A DNA stretch of 64,000 nt from the human T2T-CHM13v2.0 reference genome, Homo sapiens. How positions within the stretch are numbered: position 1 is the first letter of the stretch; the number at the start of each line of letters is the position of its first letter. The notes below the pieces were generated by a model. It had not been told where the DNA came from. It worked only from the letters and a program-made list of their open reading frames with translations, and did no database searches. The DNA lies in the NCBI RefSeq assembly GCF_009914755.1, contig NC_060936.1; one strand, given 5' to 3'. The translations under genes were made by a program, and so were the position numbers. This document shows positions 13,801 to 28,290 of the stretch, in pieces.

Positions 13801-14124
13801 TAACAGGACAACACTGAAGTTCAATGCCTCACAGTTGCTGTGCTCTCTCTCCCATAGTGCCCAGAGAGGCTCTCTGCATCAAGCCACCACTGATGGGGCA
13901 TGGGGGAGGAGTGGCAGCAAAGATTCAATACTGTTTTTTCTATATCTCTTCAGTGTCTTTCAGCGATATGAACTTAAACCAGGAACTATTAGGGCTCACC
14001 AAATTTTTGGTTCTCATGAAGTTGTTTTTTGTGTGTAAATAGTTGTTGAATTGGTGTCCTTGCTGGTGTGGGGGGGGGGCATCAGTGAAACCTTCTGTTC
14101 TGCCACCTTGCTCCACCTCCCTCC
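10884..14124 (-). mobile_element. L1MA1-3-type element: full 5' UTR plus most of ORF1 joined directly to the distal 3' UTR (ORF2 absent)
   Basis: Minus-strand start GGAGGTGGAGCAAGGTGGCAG; ORF1 remnant about 11085-11845; 3' UTR and T-rich tail 10884-11083; TSD AAGATG(C/A)ATTTT at 10872-10883 and 14125-14136. Confidence 0.85.
12015..12422. repeat. Tandem triplication, 135-bp unit (133/135/135)
   Basis: Units start AGGTACTACCTCCATGGTTTCAG at 12015, 12148 and 12283. Confidence 0.97.
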
Positions 14125-15301
14125 AAGATGAATTTTAGAGTCAAATTTGTGGCATATTTATCCAATGGAATACTACATAGCACTTAAAAAAAAAGTTGGT
14201 GTGTGCAACAAAATGATGACTCTTAAGTTTTTCCTAGTGAAGCAAGTCAGAAATAAAATCAGAATTATATAGTTTGATTTACATACAGTTTCGATAAGAC
14301 AAAATGATAGGAACTTTTCTAGGATTATGAAGGAAAAGATATAGCTCATCTATAAAAAGCAGCACAGGGATAATTGTGAGTGACAGAACCATTCTGTATT
14401 ATAATTGTGGTGGTGAATATATGACTTTTTTTTTCTCAAAATCCATTTAATGATATACCACAAAGTGTAGTTTTTACTGTATCAAAGAGAATGTGGGAAG
14501 ATCCTAAAATGGAATTAACCAATGGTATTACATGTACATAACATGATTATTATAGCACATATAATAAAATAAGTAAAGTGGTGTCTATATTGTTATAATC
14601 AATAATTCTTATTTACAGATGAATTCCAATTAATAATGTATACAAAATGAGAAAAAAATTAAAAATTAAAAGTAATTGTTAGAACATCGTCACAGGTAAG
14701 ATCCACTGATGAATGATAAAATTAGTGAGCAAATGTTTAGGGGACACAAGATATTTCATTAATCTCTAAGAATCTCCTCTAACATATGTATCAACTACAA
14801 AGGCAAAAAAAAACAAAAAACAAAAAAAAGCAGTAACTTTAAAGTTGGAGAAACAGGACAGACACTACCTCAACCAAGCAATTGAGATTGGAAGCACCAG
14901 CAGTACGACATATAGATATTTTGGACTCTGATATGATTCACTGGAATGATTATGTTACTTGCCTGATATTCTTGCAAAAAAATCAATATTAGACCAAACC
15001 ATATTGAAATATATTTTACACAATGACTCATAAATACTCTTAAAAATGCTATAGTCACGAGACACAAGGAAAAGATGAAGAACTCTCTTGAAGGATTTTG
15101 AAGCAGACTAGGAGACATAAAAATTAAATGCAAAGTAAAAACCCAAACTGTATTGTGGAACGGAAAAAAAACAAAAAACAAACAAACAAACAAAAAAACA
15201 GAGGTAAACCATGGAAAATCAGAACAAAGTGTCCAGTAGAATTAGTACTATATTAGCACTTATGAAAGACTCTTAGTTTTGTTAATTTAATTTACTTTTA
15301 G

Positions 15302-15710
<409 letters not shown>

Positions 15711-15904
15711 CTACAATCATTAGAAAATATAAAATTTTTAAGTTTTCTGGATTAATTTAAATTTTATTTTGTGTGCCTATACATTCTCCAAACATAAAGT
15801 TATGACCATTTCTTTCTGTTTGAATTAAATTTAGGAACTTACTATCATTCTTTGTGATATAATATGCATGTTTGGATATTATATATATACACATTTTCAA
15901 AGTA

Positions 15905-16465
15905 CTTTATTTTTTAGAACAGTCTTATATATACAGGAAAAGAGAAGAGATAGTATAGTCAACTGCCTTATATCCCACAGTCACTTTCCCTATTATTAAT
16001 ATCTTATATTAATTAGTATATTTGCTACATTTAATGAACCAATATTGATGCAGTTGTTTTAAATAAGTATATAACTTATTGAGATCATCTTAATTTCTAC
16101 CTAATGTTTCTTTTCTATTCCAGATTGCCATTCAGGATACCACATGCAATATACATTACTTGTAGTTTTCCTTTCTCCTTAAGCATCTCTTGCCTGTGAG
16201 TTTTCTTACTTTTTATACGTTTGATTACATTGGGGATTAAAGGAGTACTTGTCAGGCATTTATAAGAGGTCAATCTATTATAATTTTTCTGTCTTTTTCT
16301 CATGAGTATACTAGAGATATGAGTTTTAGGGAAGAAGATCACAGAGGTAAAATACCTTTTTTATCACCTCATAATAATGACACATACTATCAATATTATT
16401 TATGACTGTAATGTTGACCTTGATCACTCAACTGGCTGAGGTGCTGTCAGTCAGGCTTTGCCAAT
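15905..16465 (-). mobile_element. L1MC/L1MD 3' UTR fragment
   Basis: TTTCCCTATTATTAATATCTTA...TTAATGAACCAATATTGATG. Confidence 0.7.
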
Positions 16466-16466
16466 T

Positions 16467-16850
16467 TAATTTTTTTTATTTCAATAGCTTTAGGGATACA
16501 AGTGGGTTTTTTTACATGGATGAATTATATAGTGATGAAGTCTGGGATTTTAGCGTACACATCCTTCAAATAGTGTACATTGTATCCAACAAGTAGTTTT
16601 TCATCCCTCGTCCTCTTTCCACCATCTTCCTTTCTGAATCTCCAGTATCCATTACACCACTGTATATGCGTTTGCATACCCATATCTTAGATTCCACTTA
16701 TAAGTAGGAACATATGGTCTTTGGCTTTCCATTCCTGAGTTACTTGACTTCGAATAATCACCTTTAATTTCACCCAAGTTGCTGCAAATGACATCATTTT
16801 GTTCTTTTATATGGCTGAGTAGTATTCCATGGTATGTATATGTATATATT
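16467..16850 (-). mobile_element. L1PB 3' end, followed by a (TA/CA)n tract to about 16890
   Basis: TTTATTTCAATAGCTTTAGGGATACAAGTGG...TACATGGATGAATTATATAGTG...GGCTGAGTAGTATTCCATGGT. Confidence 0.8.
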
Positions 16851-16894
16851 TACACATATATATATACATATATACACATATATATATACATATT

Positions 16895-17452
16895 TTTTCT
16901 GCTCGTTTTATGCTTAAATTGCTCTTTTTTTAATTTCTTAAGGTGCAAGATAAAATAATTTATTTTAGATCTTTCTTCTATTCTATTATTTATATTTAAT
17001 ATTCAAATGTCCCTCTATCCACTGTTTTAACTGCATTCCACAAATTTTGATTAGTTTATTTTCATTTTTATTTATTTTAAATTTTTTTTCTTTCTTGAGA
17101 CTATTTTTTGACTTATATGTTACTAAGATGTGTATTGTTTAATCTCTGGTATTTTCTAGCTATCATTTGTTATTTATTTCTGGTTTAATTATTTTGTGGT
17201 ATTAGAACATTATTTATTTTAAATTTATTAAAGTGTGTTTTTATGGCCTAAAATATGGTATATTTTGGTGAACGTTTTATGTGAGTTCAAGAAGAATATG
17301 TATACATCTGTTGATGGCTGGAGTATTCTGTGCTTGCCAATTAGACCAAGTTGATTGATGATGCTATTCAAGTCAGCTATATCTTTCCTGTCTGATTTTC
17401 TGTTTGTAGGGTCTATAAATTTATGAAAACAGAGTATTCAAGTGTCCACTAT
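16895..17452 (-). mobile_element. Old L1M ORF2 (endonuclease region) fragment
   Basis: CCCTCTATCCACTGTTTTAACTGCATTCCACAAATTTTG...GTGAGTTCAAGAAGAATATGTA. Confidence 0.7.
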
Positions 17453-18132
17453 AATAGTGAACAGTGTTGCAATACACATATGCATGCATATGTCATAATA
17501 ATAGAATAATTTATGTTTCTTTGGGTATATACTCAGTAATGAGATTGCTGGGTTGAATGGTATTTCTGTCTTTAGGTCTGAGAAATCTCCACCCTGTCTC
17601 CCACAATGGTGGAACTAATTTACACACCCACCAACAATGCATACAGGTTTCTCTTTCTACACAACCTCACCAATATATGTTATTTTTTAACTTATTAGTA
17701 ATAGCCATTCTGATTGGTGCGAGATGGTATGCCATTGTAGTTTGGATTTGCATTTCTCTAATGATCAGTGATGTTAAGCTATTTATCATATGCTTGTTGG
17801 CCACATGTATGTCTTTTGAAAAGGGTCTGCTCATGTCCATTGCCCAATTTTTAATGTTTTTTTCTTGCAAATTTGCTTAAGTTCCTTATAGATGTTGGAT
17901 ATTAGACCTTTGTTGGATGCATAGTTGCAAAACAATTCTCTCTTTCTGTAGGTTGTCTGTTTACTCTGTTGATAGTTTCTTTTGCTGTGCAGAGGCTCTG
18001 TAGTTTAATTAGATCCCATCTGTCAGTGTTTGCTTTTGTTGCAATTACTTTTGGCATCTTCATCATGAAATCTTTCCCCATATCTACGTCCTGAATGGTA
18101 TTACTTAGGTTGTCTTCCAGGGTTTTTATAAT
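17453..18132 (-). mobile_element. Older L1PA ORF2 3' fragment
   Basis: ORF 17667..17870 WAMDMSRPFSKDIHVANKHM...SLIIREMQIQTTMAYHLAPIRMA matches the L1 ORF2 C-terminal region. Confidence 0.9.
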
Positions 18133-18139
18133 TCCAGAT

Positions 18140-20235
18140 TAATTTTTATTTTGTTTTAACAGATTTAATATTTTATTCCACTCTTTTCTTGTCTGCTAGG
18201 TTTGTGGTGAGAATCTAATGTTACTCTTATCATTGTTCCTCTATGAGTGAGATATTTTTGTTTGTTTTCTCTGTGGCTTTTTAAAGATATTCTCTTTGTC
18301 TTTGATTTTCTGTAGTTTTTAATATGCTATTATTCTGGGTAGATTTTTTTTATATTTAGCTTATTCAATGTTCTCTGAGATTTCTTGATCTATAGTTGGG
18401 GTCTGGAATTAATTTTGAAAAATTTTCAGTCATTGTTTTTTCAAATATTTTTTCTGATAAATACTGCCTTTTCTTTCCTTCAAAATATTATCATTATGTG
18501 TATGTTACACATTTTGAAATTGCCCACAGTTTTGTATGTGCTGATCTATTTATTTTCCTTTTCCCCCTCCTCCTTCCCTTCTTGCTTCTCCCCTTCTTTA
18601 CCTTCTTCATTACCTTCTTTACCTTTTTTTGCATTTCAATTTAGTAAGTTTTTATTAAAATATCTCGTAGCTCAGTGATTCATTCCTGGCTAGTCCTGGC
18701 TAGTATTGAGCACATCAAATGTTTCTTGTTCCTCACTACATTTTTTGTGCTTCTATTATTATTTTAATTAGCACATAATAATTGTATATATTTATAAGGC
18801 ACAATGTATTATTTTGATACATATTTTGAATGTAATAAATCAGGGTGATAGCAAATTCATTATCTCAAATGTTTATAATTTCATTGGGTTGCGAGCATTC
18901 AAAATTCACTCTTCTAGCTATTTGAAAACATACAATAAATTGTTAATTATAGTTATCTTACAATTCTATAAAACACTAGAATTTATTCTTTCTATTTAGA
19001 TAGAATTATATATCCGTTAATCTTCTTTTCTGTTAGTATTTTTTATTTTTAGCACTCTCTTTTGATTATTAGAACTTCCATCTCTCTACTTGTATTATCC
19101 ATCTATATATTGCATATTGTCGACTTTCTCCATTAGAAACCCTCATTTATTAATTTAATTTCATGACATTTTCTGTCTGATAATTTTAATATCTTTATTA
19201 TACCTGAGTGTCTACTTCAAATATTTACTTTATGTCTTCAGACTGTGTGTGACTTTTCTTATTTATTTATTTATTTATTTGCTTTTAGAATGCCTTGCAA
19301 TTTCATATTGAAAGCTGGGTATGTTATGTAACAAGAACTAAGTTAAATGTCTTTAGTGTGAAGTGTACTGTTAATCTGGTTAGAATTTGGACTTTGTTTC
19401 TTATTTTAATATTTGCTTCATATTTTCCATGCATGTAGGTGCCAGATGCCTTAACTTACCTCAGTGTCCTTGCTTTTGTCTCATATATTATCTTTCCTCT
19501 TTAGAAGGACTGTGTATCTTGTAGCTCCTCCAGCTATAATCCACAATTATCCTGAAAGTCTGTTAACGTGTAGATGAGACATGGGTAAGGTAAGTGATCT
19601 GTAATCTTATGATTAAATCTCAGTCTTTTTGTGGGCCTATGTACCTGGTCTGTAATGTTAACAAGTGTTTTTCAGTCCCTCTGTTTGGTGAGGCAGGAAG
19701 AGTAGAGATGCTGGAGTTGGATTGATAAATCCAACTTTGAATGCATAAATCTCTCACAGTCTTGTATTCCTACATATAAAGCTTTTGTTATAGAGAATGT
19801 TCTAAGCCTATTTCAGAATGTTTATATTTCCCATCTCTTTACCAGGAACACAAGAGGATTTTTCCTGGTTCTTCATCATTAAGATCTGTTTGGGTTCAAG
19901 GCATTAAAACCCACAAAAGTGTAGAGGATTCCCTAATACTGTGGTCCCCAGAAGTTCGTCAGTCTCATGCTGTCACTCTCACACTCAGTACCTAGCAGTT
20001 CATCAAAACTGCCACTCAAAGGCTTTTATTAGTATATGGACTCAGCTGCTTCTGCTCAAAGTAAGCTAATCTTATCGGTAGTTTTTTTTTTTTTTTTTTT
20101 TGTATTTGCCTGTCTCTATAGATTTTAGGTGTCCAATTGGCATTAAATTCCAATTTTTTCATGGATCCAAGAAAATCTTTAATTATCAGTTTGTTTAGCT
20201 TTCTGACTTATTGTGAGGATAGAGTGACAACTTCT
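18140..20235 (-). mobile_element. Old L1M ORF1/5' region
   Basis: T-rich antisense ORF1 pattern (GTGGCTTTTTAAAGATATTCTCTTTGTCTTTGATTTTCTGTAG). Confidence 0.6.
18763..19030 (-). mobile_element. L1MA (MA5-8-type) 3' UTR fragment nested in older L1
   Basis: CATAATAATTGTATATATTTATAAGG...CATTCAAAATTCACTCTTCTAGCTATTTGAAAACATACAATAAATTG. Confidence 0.75.
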
Positions 20236-20666
20236 TGGGTCAATCATATTTGTGACTTTTATATATTTGCCTTTTTAATTTGTAAAATGTATTGTCCTAA
20301 TTGTGTCATAATATTTTATTATCATTATAATGTTTATCAAATAGGCATGGATATTCCCTTTTTGTTTCTGATTTTCAGGTTATGTATCTTTTTTCTTTAA
20401 TTGTCAAGAATAGCTGTGTTACAGATATATCAATTTAATTAACTTTAAAGATTCAATTTTTATTTCATTAATAGGCTTTTTTTTGTCTATTTTCTATTTC
20501 ATTGGTATGTGCTCTTATATTATTTTTTCCATCTACTTATTTTGGGTTTTATGTGCTATTATTTTATTCATTTCTTAAAGTGAGCAGTTAGCTTATTGAT
20601 TTTAGGTCTTTTTTTCTCTTTCTTTCTAATGTAACCATTCAATATCACAGACTTTCCTGTGAGCAC

Positions 20667-20779
20667 TGATAGGTTTTATATCAGTATACACTTTAAATAC
20701 TTAATATTTGATAGGTTTTATATTCGGTATACACTTTGATAGGTCTTATATTCAGCATAAATCTTAAAACTTAATATTT
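20667..20779. repeat. Imperfect 3-copy tandem repeat (about 28-bp core)
   Basis: TGATAGGTTTTATATTCAGTATACACTTT-like core three times, with an AAA(T)ACTTAATATT spacer after copies 1 and 3. Confidence 0.8.
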
Positions 20780-21761
20780 TTCTCTGTCATTAAGTAATTT
20801 GATCAAATTATTTTACAATAAAATGTTAATTTCTAAATTGTGACTTTTACTTATAATCTTGTTAATTATTTCTAATTTAATTTCATTTTTGTCAGAGAAT
20901 ATACTGTTTTCCAATTTATTGAAATGTGCTTCATGATGTAACATACTGTCTACCTTGGTAGTAGTAAAATGGGCACCACCTGTTGTTATATATAATTTCT
21001 TATAAATGTGAAACTCAATGTGGTAGTAGTTTTGTGAAGCTCTCATATGATTTATTTATCTAGATGACTTGAAAATTGCTGAGAGGGAGACTGTTAAAGT
21101 CTACAATTATTGCATTACTTATTGAGTTAATTGTTAATTTTTGCTTTGTTTTTAGATTGTGTTATATACATAATTTTTTAATATTTCTATTTTTATGTGT
21201 TAACACTTTTATTATTTTTGTTAATATATTGTCTGATAATCTATTATATGTAATATTAATATAACCACTACAACCCTCTTATGCAATATTATTTACGTTC
21301 AGCCTACGTATATGAACTACATATAAAGTTCAAACTTTATATTTAAAATCTGCTTCTCTTAAGAAACATATATCTGGTTGTTGTTTGTTTATGGGCTAGT
21401 TATTGTTCTAATCTATTCTGATAATCACTGTCCTTTAATTGACCTGAATAGTCCATTAACTTTTTACTATGATTGTTGTTATTGTTGGGTTTGGGTCAAA
21501 CTTTTATTATTTGATTTCTACTTGACTTTCTTGTTTTCTTCCTTTATTTGTCCTGTATATCCTTTCTTGCATTTTAAAACTTATTTGAATGCAATTTTTT
21601 ACTTTAAATACTTATATAATTTATAAAACAAATTATGGGAAAAAGCACAGAAGAAAAACATTATTTTTATTTGCCTGGATATTTATTGTGTTGATGCTTT
21701 TTCATTTCTTCCTGTGGATCTATTATATTCTTCATCTGCTATCATTGTCTTTCAGCAATAC

Positions 21762-21990
21762 TTATTTGGCTCCTTCGGAATTCTTTGTTCACAATCTTAA
21801 AAAAATATTTAAAAAGCATCCATTTTTCTTCAGCTAATAATGTAAAAACGACTGCATTGACATGGTTAAATTCCCAGCACCCTCAGTTCTTCAAGGATGA
21901 ACTAAATGGCTGGTATCATCCCTTATAAAAGTGTCTTCAACTTGACGGAGCTTATGTTGAGAAGCAAAATAAAATTTATAGTTTTATCTC
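21762..21990 (+). mobile_element. Hsmar2 mariner transposase 3' fragment (decayed)
   Basis: Translates LAPSEFF..NLKK then HFSSANNVKTTALTWLNSQHPQFFKDELNGWYHPL*KCLQLDGAYVEK: the mariner YSPDLAPSD motif and the Hsmar2 C-terminus. Confidence 0.88.
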
Positions 21991-24057
21991 ATAAAAAAAA
22001 GAGTTTCCTTAAATATTTGTTTCGTGCTAGTATAATGAGGAAAACTTCTCATAGTTTAATTTTATGAGAAAATTTTATTTTTGGGGGATATAAAATTCTG
22101 GGTTGATAATTCCTTAATTTTGTCACATTAAAGATATTTCTTCACTCTCTTTCTAGGCCTCTATAGTTTCTGATGACAAATCAGCCATTGATCAAATCAT
22201 TGTTCCTCTGTATAAAATATGTCACATTTTTTCTTTAGCTGCTTTTGAGAGTTGCTTTTATTTTTTAGTTTATGACCATTTGACTATGGGATTTCTCAGA
22301 GTGGTTTTCTGTGGTGTTTATTCTAACTATTTGCTGAATTTCTTGTGTCTATAAAGTTATAACTTTCTTATAGTTTGGGAATATTTTATCTATTATTTTC
22401 TAAATTTTTTTGCTTTGATCTCTCTCTACTATCCTTTTAAAATTTTAATTACACGTGTGTCTGATATTACATTAAAAGTTGATGAGACTGTTTTTCTCCC
22501 TCTGTTATTTACCTGGAATATTTTCTATTAATCTATTTTCTACTTCATTTAAAATGTAATTGTCATCTTTCATTGGATGTTAAGACTCCAGAGTGATTTT
22601 CTTTCCTATATTATTTAATCCAGTCTATCTAGAATTTCTATCTTGTCCTTTTTATCATTTCTATTTCTCCTGAGAGTTTATATATTTCTTTCATTTAATG
22701 AGCCTATTTGATATTACATCATTGAATACACTAATAATAGTTGCTTTAAAACTTTTATTTGATAGTTTGAATATATAGTTTACCTTTATGCAGACTATGT
22801 TTTTTCTTTTCTCTTGGAAATGCATGCCATTTTCATGATTCTTTGTGTGTCATGTAGTTTTAGATTGTGTTTTGGACATTATGAATATTAAGTTATAATT
22901 ATTTGGGTTCACATATTTCTCTGATGATTTTGTTTCTTTTATTTTTTCAGGTGATTTTCTTGCTTATGCTTAAACTATAAACTATTTTCACAAAAGGCAG
23001 CTTCAGCAACAGTTCAGAATTTTTGCCTCTAGGTGAACTACTCTGAGTCTGTTCTATGTATGCACGGCTCAGATATCAGTGAAAAATATAGGAAGACATA
23101 ATTTGGGCATCTTTTCTCTGCCTCTTTTCTTTTTGAGTTTCCCACAATTATTGTTATGATGGTCTTCTGCCAACAGTCTTCTGTTTCCCCAACTTAGATT
23201 ACAGGTTTTTCTACCAGTGATACTCCTGACACTGAAAATGCAATTAGTTCCAGGATAAAAGCCACAGAAATGAGGAGATAACTTTATACTGCTTTTCACC
23301 TCTAAGAGTATACTATTCTCCAGTATCTGCCTGCTTCTATTAATATCTAAAGTCTTCAGGTTGTTTCCTAATATATGATGGCTTTATAGTTGTTTCCATG
23401 GTGAAGGTTCTTTAGGAGGGTCTTACTGCAGCATAATTGGAATTCTTAAGTTGAGAAATGTTTTTCTAAATGATAAAAGCCATGCAATTATTGCATTTAT
23501 TTAATAAAAATAAATGTGATGCAAAAAAGAGCATAAATCTTGTTCAGTTTTCAATTTTTAAGAAAATATCTCTTTCAGGTTAGTAAGCTGTTAGTTACTG
23601 AATTATTCACAAGAGTATTGCCAAAAAGTGTTATTATAGTCAGATGTCTAACTGCACTAATATTTCCTACAAAATAGCTTATTTCTTAGAATGACATAAG
23701 CTATTTAATATTATACATTATACAGAATACAGAGAAAGTAAAACACTAAACAATGATCAAATAGTGGTATTCAAGAACTTGAAATTCTTGCATGATTTAT
23801 AAGAAGCTATTTAGAGTTCTTATTTTGTAATTACCATTTGCCTTTGCAAAAAACTGGTATCAGGAAATAAGTTGTTTAAAACTTGAAATAATTTATTCAC
23901 TAAATCCACATATTACTAGTGAACAATTATAATAACATTGTATATTATCATTTTAAGTTACTCACTTGTGCAAGTATTCTGTGATATTCAGAAAGTCATT
24001 TTTCACAGATGTCGTTTTGATCCTCCTGAAACCAATTTCATTCTACTTTGCCTGACA

Positions 24058-24763
<706 letters not shown>

Positions 24764-25963
24764 CTGATTTTCCCTATATTATTTTCAAAATTATATAGCT
24801 TTAAATAGGCATTGCACAAATATCTTTGCATGTGTGTATATAAGAATAAGAGATGCATTCATAACATTTTTCAAACCCTCAGTAACTGATGGCTCAGATT
24901 CTGTTTAAAAATCTAATTAAGGTTGTAGATACTCACAGAAGGGCTTCCAAACATCCCTTTATGATGTCTGTTGTACGGGTTGTCACAACATGAATTATTT
25001 GGTCACAGTTTTTCAGAAAAATATAGATTATTATGACCTAACTTCTTTCTTCTTCTTTTAACAGGTAAATATAAACTTAAAATTACAAGTCTCACTTCTA
25101 TGAAAAAACATAAAATAGAGGGAAAATAATTCTATCATAACTTACTTTAAATCTAGAAAAGTTTTCAAGAAGAATTTCAGGGCTATTATTTTTAACGTAA
25201 GACATTATATCTCATATCTATAAGAAGCAAGGTTATATTTCAGGCATGTTGAATTTTGGGTGAAATCAAACTCTTGAAATTGCAATAATGCAGTCTTTCC
25301 ATTGTAATTTTTGTGATTTCGTTCAAAAGCATGTGGGTCTTCCTCATACCATTCAGTGTTTTAAAAGTTCAAACTCCTCACATTTGTTATATTTATATAA
25401 GTATGTTTTAAACACAGCACAATGAATTTGCCGATAACCCTCATAATCTGTCTTACATAGCTTTTGTAGAAATTATAGCAATGCTTAGTATGATTACTAA
25501 ACAAGGTCATTTTGAAAATAATTTGTGATAAATGTAATGGAAATTGCTTTGAAAACAAAAGCATTATACAAATGCTGGTAATTATACAATTTTATAATTG
25601 TCTTATTCCTGAATTAGAACCACCAGCCTTTTAACTGGAACAGTCTTCTCTATGCTCTTGAAACTCATCAAAGCTGTTTCTCATACTATATATCTATATA
25701 TTTGCCTATATTATTCCATCTCTCATGGTGTGTAGTTCCTTCTTTCCTCCATCAATCCATGTTCAATCACTACTTTTAGGATGAAGCGCTTGAGTTACTA
25801 TTTTTCTCCAATTATTCTAGTATTCATTTATCTTACTGCTATATACTTTTTCTCTTATGCGGCAACGTATTCTGTGAAAATATTCATTTTGACTTGAACA
25901 AAGACTAACATATGTTTTAGTCATATCACAAAGCTTCTTTCTGTAGTTGCCATTACCACCTGA

Positions 25964-26308
<345 letters not shown>

Positions 26309-27101
26309 TGCATACTGCTTTTAATTGAAAAAGATTTTATAATAGTCAGGCTACTTTTTAAACAATGTCTTAGCAAGTAGAGGGCTAATGCAGTTTAAAA
26401 AAGGATATGTTCTCTTGCCAATGAATATAGATTTTTATATGTTCTTTGAGAAATCAATTTATGATTTTTATGTAGGTGTACATTTAATGTAAAAAGAATA
26501 CTTACATTGGAAGAATGATTTTATTAGTAAATCTCAATAACAAACCTGTCATTTTAATGAACTAGAATATAACTGAACTCTTAAGAATTACAAAGTTAAC
26601 ATTTATTTTTGAATTAATACAAAGCTTAGATTTGAGTACATTTTGAATTTAAGAAAGATTGTCTTTGTTGGTTTGTTGGTTTTGTCTTCTGAAATCTCTT
26701 ACCATTACTTTTGGAAAAATTATTGTCTGAAAACACCTAATAATGAAAGAAAAATAAAAAACAAACAAAAAGACAAAAAGTTTTGTGAACACAGTAAAAT
26801 ATTAAAAGTAATGTTTATTCTCAAAAGTTTGAAAATAAGTAAAGCAAAAATATTCAACTTCATATTACTTAAATACAATAGTATAAATATATTAATTTAG
26901 ATTTCATGTCATTAGAAGGAACATTCTAACAAATAGAAGTATCTAAAAAGTTAAGTTGTGCCTTACAGAACACTGACATTCCTATCCATGAAATCAAAGC
27001 ATTTATGCAATTAAAGCAAACACAAATTGATTTTCAGTAAGAGTTATGGTAGGAAGATTACTCAAGTGTTATGTAGTCATAATGACAAAATTTTCTTTTT
27101 A

Positions 27102-27104
<3 letters not shown>

Positions 27105-27134
<30 letters not shown>
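27105..27134. repeat. (GT)n microsatellite
   Basis: Direct observation. Confidence 0.95.
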
Positions 27135-27135
<1 letters not shown>

Positions 27136-28288
27136 ACTGACAGCTGGGGAGCTAGACCATTGGACATGAGAGCTAACAGAAGAAAAGGAATGGACTACAT
27201 GATTAAGTATTGATTAAGAACAAGTAAATGGATTGGTAAAATAAATAAGACCCAATGTGACTGGAGGTTATATGTTTGTAAATATTTCCAATGCCATTTT
27301 TTCTTGTCCTTAGCAAGTTCAGTAGCTCAGATTCCTGGACCAGAGTGTACAATTATAGAATCGATCAAAAGGTAAGAGGTAGTGGAATGAGAGTGGTAAG
27401 AAGAGTATGGAGCAATGTGGTTGGGGTGCTGTCAAGAGAGCAGTGATGTGATGCACCCTTTAAGATGAGGTCCTGCAGCTTGGGATATATTGGCTGAAAT
27501 AGGTTGAAAAGAAAGAATGGGAGAAATAACAATGAGAGGGCAAATGTCAAGTGAGAAACCTACATACTAATATGTGGAAGTATAAGAAATTATTTAATTA
27601 TACTACCAAAAGAAGGAACTTATATATACTTATAGGATAAAGGAGCAATAACAGTGGGGAGAAAGATTAATAAACCACCCAGAGTCCAGATGTCTTGGAT
27701 TTTAAATGCTGCATCATATCAAAAATAAACACTCAAGTGTTTATTTTTCAAGAATTTGAACTTTAAAACCTGTGAAAGAGCCAATTACATGTGCATTTTT
27801 CACCAAACCATGAAAAATGTTTTGTTTTTTATTGGCAATTCAAGGGAAGCATTTTATATTCTTAAATAACAGAGGCAAGTCACTTCAATGTGTTTTGTCA
27901 GTAAATAATCAGGCCCTTCACTAGGTCAAGTTTTAGAGTCAAGGACAACTGTTAATGCTTAGTTCAGAGCACTTACAATGTTTTCTCCATTGTAAGTACA
28001 TCTTCCTACATCTAGGAAGATGTAAACCAACTGTCTCTTATTATTTAAAATCACCATAAACATACTGTATATGAAACTAATGAGAAACCTCTTTTGCCAA
28101 AATGTCCGGCAATAACTGCTTACTGAACTCTCAAAAAAGACACATCAAATAAATAAATAAGTAATTTCATGTCACTCTAGCAACCTTCCTTTGGGTTAAT
28201 AAGCACCTTGAAGAGTAGGAAATAAGTATTATTTCATTAAGAGTGGTTATAAATAATATCTATCTAAAGCCAGTATTACTATATTATG

Positions 28289-28290
<2 letters not shown>

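Larger units (their letters stand above)
20340..23450 (-). mobile_element. Degraded L1M ORF2/ORF1/5' fragments
   Basis: GGATATAAAATTCTGGGTTGA...TTTCTGATGACAAATCAGC...TTGTTCCTCTGTA antisense L1 motifs. Confidence 0.6.
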
